From Pristiophorus japonicus (Eukaryota): a stretch of 64,000 bases of DNA. The notes under the pieces were generated by a model, which saw only the letters and a list, made by a program, of their open reading frames with translations, did no database searches and was not told where the DNA came from. Location of the stretch: NCBI RefSeq assembly GCF_044704955.1, contig NW_027251843.1, positions 124,001 through 188,000 of the forward strand, given 5' to 3'. Within the stretch, counting starts at the first letter, position 1. Each line of letters begins with the position of its first letter. Shown here one piece after another: positions 23,122 through 34,546 of this stretch. The position numbers were made by a program, and so were the translations under genes.

Positions 23122-24582
23122 TCAATCCATTCTGATCTTGTACAGTCTCTCCATTTCCATTTCCACACAAGAGCCTTCAGTAGTTGTTGCTACCATAACT
23201 CTAGCCGTGGTCTCGGTAGGTAATATGGTTTTTCCCACCCTGGCACAGCAACACTTAACCAAGACAAATAATTGATACAGGGCGAAGACTATCAGTAGGA
23301 ATATGATCAAACTCTGTACCACAGATTTCCCTAGGGATCCCAACCATCCCGATGCCCACCCCACAAGGTGATACCATCCTGGCCAACTATCTGTTTATAC
23401 TCTATTACCTTTTTCCTGATATATTCAGCTAGACTGCCGATTTCTTCTGATTTATCTGGGCTATACGTACAGCATTCTTCACCTATTAATGCGCATGTCC
23501 CTCCCTCCTTGGCTAGGAGATAATCTAAGGCCATACGATTTTGGAGAGCCACTGTTCGAATAGCTACCATTTCATCAGTTACCCCTTCAAAGGCTTGGGA
23601 AGTTGCGTTGGCTACTGATTCAACTAAGTTAGCCAGTTACCGTAACTGCCATTCGGTTGATGCTATTCCATAAGGTGGCACCATTACCTTGAATATTCCG
23701 TTTAGCCATGTCAAATCCCGTTTAAGTCTATGACTTCCATCGGCATCCCTTAGAGTCTTTATTGATCTGATAAAGGGTACCACATATCCTAAGTAACAGG
23801 ACCCTGTCCAGTTGGCTGGTAATCATGGGTAGGCTTTATGGCCACAAATAAAGTAGGTGCAATTATAGGACGTCAGCTCCTGGTCCTTTTGCGCCATCCC
23901 TACTCGAGTGGTCTCACCTTCCCACCCTTCACCTGGGGCTTTGTTATGGACCATTGTCTAGCCAACGGTTGCTATCTTTCTCTCAGTGGGATTAGTTGTG
24001 GCTTGCCATTTAGTCATTTGGGAACACTTGCTGCGTCCCATTTCTGGTCCTTTAGTTTCATTACTCACGAGGCATATTATACCTTCGGGATTTTCTATTC
24101 TGGGAGTAATACTTAGGAAGGGAGCCTGATGGTTATTATCATAATTGGGCTGGTACCATCCCTGGAAGGCTGTAAGTTTATACCCTGCCGACCTCCATTC
24201 TGTTTGCTCCTTCGTTTCTGGCCCCTTAGTTAGGTTTGTCCTATTCTACCATTTCTGATTCGTTAAAGGGGACCGATCTCAGGGGAATGCCCCCTTCGGA
24301 GTGGACAGGTACATGGGAACATATCCAACAACTCGACAAGTTTCTTTCTTGAGCATACCTATGACTCAGTGCCATAAATACGTTTACTTGCAATTCCCTT
24401 CGGTGCCGGGTCTGTACCCCTGGTGTAATCAATAATGCAAAGTAAAACCCTGTCAAGCCAAGCACCATCAGTCCCCATAGTCCATACAGTTCCTTATTCA
24501 GTCTTCCTTTTTCTGTTCCTCTGATTCCTTCTTCCCTTCCTCCTGGTCGGGTGCCCGTTTGCAATGGGATGCATGGATTCAT
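23122..24582 (-). pseudogene. env: env (gamma-type), disrupted
   Basis: Signal-like hydrophobic stretch, CWIC (CxxC), RLKR furin site (~23718-23729), immunosuppressive motif LQNRMALDYLLAKEGGTC, CX6CC and a TM helix. Confidence 0.9.
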
Positions 24583-26780
24583 GTTGGTCTTTCCTTTACC
24601 TTGATTGCAGTATTGGTCGCCAGCAAGACCTGGTATGGTCCTTCGAATCTTGGCTGTAGACTGCTTTTTCTTTTAAAAATCTTGATGTAAACAAATTCCC
24701 CTGGCTCCAGGTTATGACACTTCCTTCCGCTGGCTTGACTTGAGCTCCCTTTACCTGTGAATGAAAGCTGGAAATACATTTGGTTAGTGCAATACAATAA
24801 TTCAACATATTTTCCTCCATTTTGTGGATGTCCATTTGTTTTGCAGTAAATGGTGCTGTAAAAGGTAGTCGTTGGGGACGTCCCATAACTATCTCATGCG
24901 GTGACAGGCCTTTTGTTCTGTTGGTTGCAGATCACATTACCATCAAAGCTAAAGGCAGCAGTTCTGTCCATTTCAGTCCAGTGTCATTGCATAATTTTGC
25001 CAGCTTATTTTTAAGCATTCCATTATATCTTTCAACAAATCCAGCTGATTGTGGATGATAACTGCAATGAAAACGTTGATTAACCTGCAAAGCTTTACAC
25101 ATTTCTCTTATAACAGTTCCCGTTATCACTAGAAAGCATGGCAGGGATTCCGAAGCACGGTACGATTTCCTTTAACAAACATTTAGCAACAGTAGTGGCA
25201 TTGGCCTTTTTACATGGAAAGGCTTCAATCCATCTCGAGAACACATCTACAATACCTAATACATACTTGAATCCCATACACATAGGTAATTCAATAAAAT
25301 CCATTTGTAAATGTACAAAAGGCCCGACTGGATTTGGGTGGGAGGCAGATTCTACTTTTTCCGTCTTACCCGGATTCATTGTCTGACAGGTAACACAATT
25401 TTCACAGATTTGTTTTGCAATTGCCGAAATATCTGGTGCATACCAAGTTGCCAAAATATAATCTGCCAATCCCCCTTTGCCTGCATGTGTGAATGTATGA
25501 ACACATCGGGCTATCCATGGAAGTAAGGATCTAGGGGCCACCACACGGCCGTCGTGGTGAACCCATATTCCTTCTGGATTTTTATAACATTGATCCTTCG
25601 TCCAGGTCACCACCTCCTCCGTACTGGCCTGTGTCTGAAAGGCCAGCACGTCATTAATAGTGGGTGGCGGGACTGAGCAATTATTTTTCCTTAGTGGGAA
25701 CAATGACACCTGCATCCCCCCTTTTGACACAGCTGCTGACTTAGCTGCATTATCAGCTCTGGCATTCCCAAGTGCCACCTCATTCGACTGGCTTGTATGT
25801 GCTTGGCATTTGATAATGGCAAGTTTCAAGGGGCATTGAATGGCTTGCAGAAGATTTTCCACTTTTGATAGGGGTTCCTGAAGAAGTCAGGTACCCGCGA
25901 ATCTTCCAAATTTGTCCATAGTCATGTGATACCCCAAAAGCATACCTGGAGTCAGTGTAGATATTAACTGTTTGTCCTTCAGCCAGAATACAGGCTCGAA
26001 TTAACGCAAACAATTCGGCTTGTTGGGCTGAAAAGGAGTCTGGAAGAGAGACTGTTTCGACAACATTAAACTGGATTACAATTGCATAAGCCGCTCTAGG
26101 TTGGCCCCTATCATTTCGTAGGGCTGATCCGTCAACATAGTACACTAAATCAGGGTTACACATTGGTACATCTGTTAGATTGATACGTGGTTTAGTCACT
26201 AATTCGGTTACCATTTCACATGAATGGGGTTCGCCGTCTTCTTCCGTGGGGAGTAGAGTGGCTGGATTTAAGGTAGTGCATCTTTTGATGATAAGGTTCG
26301 GATTTGATAACAGTTCGACTTCATATTTAGTGGTTCTTGCAGAGGTTAGGTGTTGGGTGGCACATTTAGTAAGTAAAATCTCGACAGAGTGTGGGATATA
26401 CAAAATGGTCTGATGATTTAGAGTTATTGTCTGAGCCTGTTGCATAGCATAATAAGCTGCTGCCAACGAAGGAAGACATCTTGGTAGTCCGCGTGTCACT
26501 GGGTCTAGTTGGGTACTGAAATACGCTACCGGCCGCTGCCTGTCCCCATGTAACTGAGTCAAAACAGATTGTGCAAAACCCGACTTGTGATGCACAAATA
26601 AGTTGAATAGCTGAGTGTAATCTGGTAATCCCAAGGCTGGTGCTGAAGTGAGGGGCTGCCTAAGACTCTGGAAAGCATTCCGGGATACTTCATTCCAAAT
26701 CCTTCTTTAAGCATTGTGAGAATATAGTAGATTCATTCACAGCTCGTAGGTCATGGACAAACCTCCATTTGTGTGGGCTT
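24580..26780 (-). pseudogene. pol: pol remnant: RT scraps, tether, RNase H, integrase
   Basis: LTSAPALGLPDY, RPVAYFS, YYVDGS, AQQAEL, YTDSRYAF, HHCC, LQMDFIEL, HPQSAGFVER and GPY motifs. Confidence 0.9.
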
Positions 26781-27414
26781 CTGAACTGGAAGAATCAGTG
26801 TGTTACACGGATTTCTCATTTATGCTTATAGTGATTCACAGATCACAGAATGTAAAGTACTTGTTTTCTAATCTTATTAAAAGGCTTCCAAACCCAAGAT
26901 TTTTCCAATACACCCAAAATGTTGATCAAGGAGATCACCTCAAATATCTCAAAATCCCAATTCAACTATTGTACTGCCACTCTTTATCAAAAAAAACAAA
27001 TCCTCTTACTGAGCTAGAAGCTTTTGTACCAAGATTTTACACCAAGGACAATGAGAGTGTATTCCCCCAGCCTGCACCTCGAGAGACCCACAAAGGCTTT
27101 TTTTTTTAAAAAGGCATTACAACTTCCCAAGGCATTACAACTTCCCAAGGCATTACAACTTTTAACCACCGGGACCATGTCTCAACAAACCTACCCTTTG
27201 TGCATTTCCTAGCTCCGTAACTTCTCATCCGAATAAATCCACACCTGCGCTTCTAACTTAAAATGTCTTAAACTTCCCACATACAGGACAACACTATGAA
27301 GGGTTAAAAAACTTCACTTTGTTTGAAAAAGTGGGTGGAGCTAAAACAAACAGGCAGCTCCACAACCCTTCCAAATAGGTTTCCAGACACAAGAAAAAAA
27401 ACACAGAAGCGCTC

Positions 27415-27825
27415 TCATTCAAAGACAAGACATTCACCACTCTCATTCAAAGACAAGACATTCACAAAAGTCTCTCTCCATTCAATAAAGCTTCTCCTTT
27501 TTTTAATCCATAAGTCACTATCAGGTTCTCTTATGGCATTTAATTTACTTCCTCTGTTAAATTTTACATGGGCTTGAAGAATCGGAACCCAGGCCTTTTC
27601 TATTACTTTCCTTTTTTTTCTACCTGGATCTCTGTTTATAAGACACTCCTCTAGACATGTTGTTCTCTCTAAATTAAATGAACCATCGGGTGGAAATGGC
27701 CTGTTTTCACCCTTAGTCCACTTTACCGTTTTTTTTCTTTGGTCAATTGAAGACTGACCACAATTCTGGAGCATGACATAGGCTGGTGTGCCTTTTGTGG
27801 TGTTTTAACTTGCTCTGGCACCCAT
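27415..27825 (-). pseudogene. gag: gag matrix remnant
   Basis: Starts M-G-A-R-A-S (myristoylation-type Gly2), then a stop, then class I MA-like W...FPPDGSFNL. Confidence 0.65.
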
Positions 27826-28744
27826 TCTGCATGATTAAGATTTTCCACAGTTTCTGATCTCACAATCCTTTCGGCCAACCGAGTTCTCTATGCCCACTTC
27901 TCCTGGCCGTTACGTGGCCTGAAAAGGCTCTTAATTCGGGCTCTGTCTGGGTGTGTGAGATATGTTGGCACAAACCAACCGTAGTTGATCAATCAGTTAC
28001 TGTTTCTTTTCTCAATCAATCCTTGTTTTTTTTTCCGAATCACAATTTTCCTTAGTGATTCTTCCGGTTTCTCTAATGGCAATGTCGCACAAAGGTATTG
28101 CACACGACAGTACAACAAGGACAGCTAGGACAAACAATATTCACGCGAGTATACAAATCATAACCTTACACTCTATCTAAACAAATAATCAATTCTCAGT
28201 CTGCGTTGTATGCCACTACAGACCGAGTCCTTAACTTATCCTAATAAAACTTATAAAACTTATGGTTCCATACCCTAACTCTTATCACAGAAGAACCTTT
28301 GATCGATTGCGCTTCTTTTTTTTTCCTACTCTTATCACATAAGAACCTTTTCCTAATTAAAAACAATAAAACTCTTATCACATAAGAACCTTCAATTGAT
28401 TAGCGCTTTTTTTTTCTAATAAGAACCTTCAGGAACCTTTTTCGATCGACGAGCGCTCCCTTACCGACTGAAACCTTCCCCGGGCTGTTTCGAGATTTTT
28501 CCAGAACCCGTTCTCTTCTGCTTGCAAGTTGAGAAAGAAGTGGTTATAAAAAAATATCTTTAGGTTTTAAATGTCGAGTCTTGTAGATTGCAGTACCTCC
28601 CCTGTGGACAACAGATTACATATGCGATTCAACAGTGAAGAAACCTCTTGCGAGCAAAAGGCTCACCTTGTTTTGGCCACTGAAGCCTTTCACTGGAGAG
28701 GCACTATGCCTGTATCCGTTTTATTCACAGGACAGAGAGTATGC

Positions 28745-28762
28745 ATCTCGGTGGAACCTCCA
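28745..28762 (-). promoter_or_regulatory. Primer-binding site, tRNA-Gln
   Basis: TGGAGGTTCCACCGAGAT on the minus strand, the classical Gln PBS, 9 nt from the 5' LTR. Confidence 0.9.
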
Positions 28763-28771
28763 AGAAGTAAC

Positions 28772-29476
28772 TGTCGAAATCTCGACCTCCGAAAAGAATG
28801 ACTCCGACACTTACAGCTCCGGCAGAAGTTTCTTTAATTTACTTGCAAGCAAGGGGCAGGTCACACTCAGTCAAGAGCTAAGTGAACACCTCCGAAATGG
28901 TACAGTTTCACAAGATATTTATACAGTAAAACCCAAGTTATGGCCTCTCCCTGTGTATTGGCTCTGTCTCGTAGTCAGTGAATACAGATAAAGAGTTAAT
29001 TACTACATCCTTGTCCTGACATGGTTTCCAGATATTTCCTTTTGTCAGGGTTATTCGTTGGCCAGCCGGCCATTACTCCATGAGAGTGAGGTAATGAGCT
29101 ATTACCTGTCTTGCATTGTGTCAGGATTGTTCAGTTTCCTAGTCAGTTTATCTGTTTGCATCAAATGGATGAGGTCTCTACAAGAGATAATGGCTGGTGG
29201 TTTGAGTCTAGAAGAAAAGGGTGGGGTGACATGGAACTCTTGTCGTGTAGACAATAGGAGAGCACCATGGGGGGGCGGTACTTGTCTCAGCATGACTTGT
29301 CTCCTAGCTGTCTGATGGCCATCAGCCATCTCAAACCAGGTTTAGCTGTTTATGCAAGCTGATTGCTTTCATGCAGAAAGTTCTGGAAGGACCAGGACTC
29401 CATTTTGTTATATATATATTGCAAAGGGCACACAAATACCGAATGGTATCAGCTTAGATAAAAATACAATTCCACA
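28772..29476 (-). repeat. ERV 5' LTR (705 bp)
   Basis: TG...CA termini; direct repeat of 22383-23091. Confidence 0.93.
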
Positions 29477-30020
29477 TTGTTCACCCTCCTCCCTCAGAAT
29501 GTACTGCAGCCACTCAGTGACATCCTTGACCCTGGCACCAGGGAGGCAACATACCATCCTGGAGTCATGTCTGCGGCCGCAGAAATGCCTGTCTGTTCCC
29601 CAACTATCGAATCCCCTACCACTATTGCTCTTCCACTCTCCTTCCTCCCCCCTGTGCAGATGAGCCACCCGTGGTGCCGTGGACTTGGCTCTGGCTGCAC
29701 TTCCTAGAGGCACCATCGCCCCCACCAGTACTCAGAACACAATACTGGTTGGAGAGTGAGATGGACTCAGGGGACTCCTGCACTACCTGCCTGGATCTCC
29801 TCTTCTGTCTGGTGGTCACCCATTCCCTCTCTGCCTGCACACTCTTAAGCTGCGGGTGGCCACCTCTAGAAACGTGCTATCCACGAAGTTCTCAGCCTCG
29901 CAGATACACCGCAGTGACTCCAGCCACCGCTCAATCTCCGACACGCGGAGCTCGAGTTGCTGTAGCTGGTGACACTTCCTGCACATGTGGTCATCCAGGC
30001 CACGAGAAGCATCCAGGACA
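29477..30020 (-). mobile_element. CR1 LINE 5' arm (ORF1, SGNH esterase-like region)
   Basis: AIVVGDSIV and VCCLPGARVKDV motifs, contiguous with 22382 once the ERV is removed. Confidence 0.85.
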
Positions 30021-30194
30021 GAACTGCCCTGCCATGCCTCTATTTAATAGACTAAGGACTAACTTAGCAGAAATAAATTCAAACTAAAAAAAAGCAAATA
30101 ATGGTCTGGCCTACTTCATTCAGGCCATAATTTCTGGATTGTTCACCCGACTGAGGGCGAACACCATCGATGGGCCATTAATGGGCCTTTGGTT

Positions 30195-30800
30195 TTCAGC
30201 TCAGTCAGCTGTGGCTTAATGGGCAGCACACTCACCTCTGAGACCAAAGGTTGTGGGTTCTAAGTCCCATCCCTGAGACTAAGCTCCGAAATCTAGACTG
30301 ACAGTCCCAGTGCAGTACTGAGGGAGAGCCGCACTGTCGGAAGGGGTTGTTTTTCAGGAAAGAGGCTTGTCTGCCCTCTCAGGTGGACATTAACTATCCT
30401 GTGCCACTATTTTTAAGAAGAGCAGAGGAGTTCTCAGCAGTGTCCCGGCCAATATTGATCCCTCAACCAACATCACAAAAGAACAGATTATGCAGTCGGA
30501 CACTCGCCCCCCCAAGCCCACCCCCAGGGGAAGTGCAGCGTGCCACATTGCGCTCCACTTCCTGTCAGGGGCCGTGATCCCAATTTCGCATCCGTGGCGG
30601 CACTTGGGCGTGGGAAAAGTTACCACCCCACTCGGGACGATACGCAATTTGGGCCCATTATCTGGTCATAGTCACATGTGGGGGCTTGCTGTCTGTCGTG
30701 TCTCCTCCATTGCCGCAGTGACTAAAGTACTTCATTGGCTGTAAAGTGCTTTGGGACGTCCTGAGGTGGTGAAAGGCGCTATATAAATGCAAGTCTTTCT
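30195..30800 (+). mobile_element. DeuSINE-type SINE with an internal insertion at ~30491-30656
   Basis: Head, core and GGCGCTATATAAATGCAAGTCTTTC tail match the other copies. Confidence 0.75.
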
Positions 30801-32214
30801 TTCCAATTGAGCTCCACGTCTTTGAAACCCAAACCCGCGGACAGTGACTGACAGGTAAAGACCCTGTGGTCCATCCAGCCCGTCCCACACAATTGTGATA
30901 CCTTGTGTATCACAGTATAGACTCTCCACCCCACCCAAAACTACCTGATCTCCTGGGAGAGGCGAAAAACCAGGGAAAAAACCCATTGGGGGAAATAAAT
31001 CTGGGAAACTCCTCTCCAACCACCCCCGCTCTCCCCCCAGGCGATGGAAACTAGTCCAGGAGGTCACTGTGGCCCTGAATTCCCTGCAGTAACTACCTTC
31101 TGTAAGTGGTGATCTCCGCACCGGCCACAAACAGGTCCTGCTCTCGCTTATGTACAGCTCATGGATTTAAAATTACAAGCTTTCCCCACAGTGTCAAGTG
31201 CTGCAAATACTGTGTTACATTATCAGGGTTATATTCTCACTGTCTGTCATTGTCACAACACTCGCTATATAAATGCAAGTTGTTGTTGTGTTCAGGGCCG
31301 CTGTATCTGGCTCAGGCTTCTTATCCATCCCCCCTTCCCTTCCCTCTCCATTGGGGGCCGTGCCTTCAGCTGCCTGGGCCCTAACTCCCTGCTCCCTAAA
31401 CCTCTCTGCCACTCCACCCCTCTCCTCTTTTAAGACCTCCCTTCAAACCCAATCTGTGACTGAGGGTTTTAATCACCCTCCCAGCTCCTCCCCCTTTGGC
31501 TCAGCACCACTTTGACCAGATTACGCCTCTGTCAGCTGCCTCGGGATGTTGTTCTAATGTTCCAGTTGCTGTAGCAATGCGGGTTGTTGCTGCTGTACCT
31601 GGCGGCAGAGCGTCTCTGTGTGGATATACCCCGTGCACCGAGCTCCGCGGTGAGGCCTCCCACAGTGGAAAGGCCTGCTGATGATCGCTGCAGTGCGGAG
31701 TGGCTGCTGACCCACCAATCGGTCTGAGACACCGCCTCACGAGCGGACAAGGAGATACACGCTGAGATCCATCATCAAATGACACGTGGGGAACTGGAAA
31801 TGATTCTGCAAACCTGACTGGAGGTTTGGTACAAACGGGTTTTACAAACCAATCAATTGAGTGACACAGAAATTGTCCAAAAATTTGGTCTTTTCAGAAC
31901 CAACATCGCCCCCTTTTGGTATGAAGACAGCACTGCCAATTTCACTCACAATTTGAGCTGCAATTTTCAATGTCTCCTTACGTGGTTCGCTGTCAATCTT
32001 TATTTTGTAACACTCCTGTGAAGCACTCGGGGAGTTTTACTGTGTTAAAGGTGTTGTATAAAAGTTGCTGTTGTTGTTTGTTCTGAGTTAGCTGTTCCAA
32101 CTGAGGTCGGGATATGACTCACAGCTCAGGCTGTGCGGCATCCAGTGATGCAATGTTGTATCGTGGGTTCAAGCCCCACTCCAGGGACCTGAGTGCAAAA
32201 TAAAGCCATACACT

Positions 32215-32730
32215 ACTGTGCAGTCCTGAGGGAGTGTTGCACTGTCAGAGGGGCAGAACTGAGGGAGTGCTGCACTGTTAGAGGGGCAGGACTGAGGGAG
32301 AGCTGCACTGTCAGAGGGGCAGAAATGAGGGACCGCTGCACTGTCAGAGGGGCAGTCCTGAGGGAGTGCTGCACTGTCAGAGGGGCAGTACTGAGGGAGA
32401 GCTGCTCAGTCGGAATGGCAGTACTGATGGAGTGCCACACTGTCTGAGGGGCAGTACTGGGGGAGTGCTGCTCTGTCAGAGGGTCAGTACTGAGCGAGTG
32501 CTGCACTGTCAGAAGGGCAGTACTGCGGGAGTGCTTCACTGTTGGAGGGTCAGTACTGAGGAAGTGCTGCACCGTCGGAGGGGCAGTACTGAGGAAGTGC
32601 TGCACTGTCAGAGGGGCAGTACTGAGGGAGTGCTGCACTTTCGGAGGGGCAGTACTGATGGAGTGCTGCACTGTCAGAGGGGCAGTACTGAGGGAGTGCT
32701 GCACTGTCGGAGGAGGTGTACTGAGGGGGT
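32215..32730 (+). repeat. 33-bp minisatellite derived from SINE head sequence (~15 copies)
   Basis: Unit GCAGTACTGAGGGAGTGCTGCACTGTCAGAGGG matches SINE positions ~14451-14485 and ~30311-30345. Preceded by a SINE B-box-like GGGTTCAAGCCCC. Confidence 0.85.
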
Positions 32731-32733
32731 ACC

Positions 32734-33837
32734 TGTAGGTGGTTTTCTCGGGCCTACTGAAAACGCACCTCCTACTACAAGTTCTGGACGATAGGGATTA
32801 TATGGACAGATCAGACTCGGACACATGTTTTTCGGGCTCAACCGTATTGTGTTTAATAAGATTAACAACACCACTCATAAACAGTGCAAAACAGTACAAC
32901 CCTGGCTTGTCCCCAATAAGCCCTGTCATGCTAAGTTACCACGGCTTAATAAAAGAACCTTCCCGTGAAATAAACTAACACAGGACCCCCCCCAGCACTA
33001 AAGCCCTTGGGTTTGGTTGGGACTTACAATCACCCCCTCACACAGCTAAGTGGTCTTGTGGATGTGTAGGCGCAGGCAATATGCTCACCCTGATTGCCCG
33101 TTGTCTTGCTTGCAGCTTCTTCCTGAACGTCTCGCTCCTGGGCTTTTTCCTGGGCTTTTTCCTGGACTTTTTCCTGGGCTTTTTCCGGAGCATTCTTCCT
33201 CCTGAGCTGGAGCTTGTTGCAAAGCGGCTCCTCATATCCCCAAAACCCATCACCTCTCCTCCCGCCAATACTGACCAATGGATTGACTCCGGTGATCTGT
33301 CTGGACACTCCCACCGACCCGCCCCCCCCAAGGGCTGGAATGGCTCAAAATCTTTGTGAAAGATGATATTTTGTTTTCCCGCTCCCAGGCCTTGCATCTG
33401 GAGAGACAACGGGTGCTGATTACTGGATGTCTGTCGTTTCCTGAGTTGATGGCCCCCATTAGCAGGTAATGGGTTTCGATCACAAACCGATCTTGCTTAA
33501 CCGGCTTATCTCCTGGAAGACAATGGACTGGCCATTTCCTGCCTTGCACCAGTTTGGGTTGGGACTGAGTCGTGACTGTGCTTTAATAATGTGAGGGCAC
33601 AGTGTCTCTGAGTTACCTCTCGGGGTATTGTTCCCAGGAATCACTTTAGATGGTGATGACATCAATGGGCCTGGGTTCCCTGCCACCCAGCCTGTCAGTG
33701 TGAAATGTCCGGTTGTATATGAATGCACCTCAGTGCCACCCCCACAAGCTTGCCAAACAGTACAGTTCTTTCTTGGGGATTTGGATTTAAGGATTTAAAG
33801 TATTGTTGATAGAAATGGCCAGAAAGCTGGTGCTACA
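32734..33837 (-). mobile_element. Probable solo LTR (1104 bp)
   Basis: TGTAG...CTACA inverted termini, flanks GTACC/GTTCC. The minus-strand 3' end shares ordered motifs with the 1.5-kb LTR family. Confidence 0.65.
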
Positions 33838-34527
33838 GTTCCTCACCTCGGGGACAATAATGGTATGTTCCTCACCTGTCCTTTTCCTCTCCTCCCCTCC
33901 CCTCCCCGCCACACCCGGGGACAATAATGGCATTTTCCTCACCTCTCCCTCCTCTCCCACACGCAGGGACAATAATGGTAGGTTCCGCACTTCTCCATCT
34001 CCTCTCCCCCGCCGGTGACAATAATAGTATGTTCCTCACCTCTCGCTCTCCCCCCCCCGGGGACAATAATGGTATGTTCCTCACCTCTCGCTCTCCCCCC
34101 CGGGGACAATTATGGCATGTTCCTCACCTCTCCGTCTCCTCTCAGCCCCCGGGGACAGTAATGGTATGTTCTTCATCTCTCCCACTCCTCTCACCCCCTG
34201 GGGACAATAATGGTATGATCCTATCCTTTCCTCTCCCCGCCCACCCCACACCGGAGTCAATAATGGTATGTTTCTCACCTCACCCTCTCCCCTGACGGTT
34301 ACAATAATTGTATGTTCCTCACCTTTCCCTCTCCTTTTCCACCCCAGAGACAATAATGGTATGTTTAATGGTATGTTCCTCATCTCTCCCTCTCCCCCCG
34401 CCCCCCCCTCCCAGGACAATAATGTTACGTTCCTCACCTCCTCCCCACCTCCAGGGACAATGATGGTATGTTCCTCACCTTCCCACCCCCCCCCCCCCCA
34501 ACCCGGGGACAATAATGGTATGTTCCT
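33838..34527. repeat. Degenerate tandem repeat (~55-60 bp; core GGGGACAATAATGGTATGTTCCTCACCT plus a pyrimidine tract)
   Basis: Core recurs about 12 times with variable C/T-rich spacers. Confidence 0.85.
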
Positions 34528-34546
34528 TGTTAAACTCATCATTAAG

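Larger units (their letters stand above)
22383..29476 (-). mobile_element. Class I (epsilon-like) endogenous retrovirus, internally deleted, about 7.1 kb
   Basis: LTRs at 22383-23091 and 28772-29476. 4-bp TSD TTGT (22379-22382 and 29477-29480). tRNA-Gln PBS, PPT, and gag, pol and env remnants. Confidence 0.93.

Noticed and set aside
27808-27825. MGARAS, identical to the HIV-1 Gag N-terminus
   Set aside because: A generic myristoylation-type signal; the rest of the element is class I, not lentiviral.
31661-31699. CACAGTG heptamer as a V-segment RSS
   Set aside because: No nonamer at 12 or 23 bp and no YYC-ending V exon upstream.
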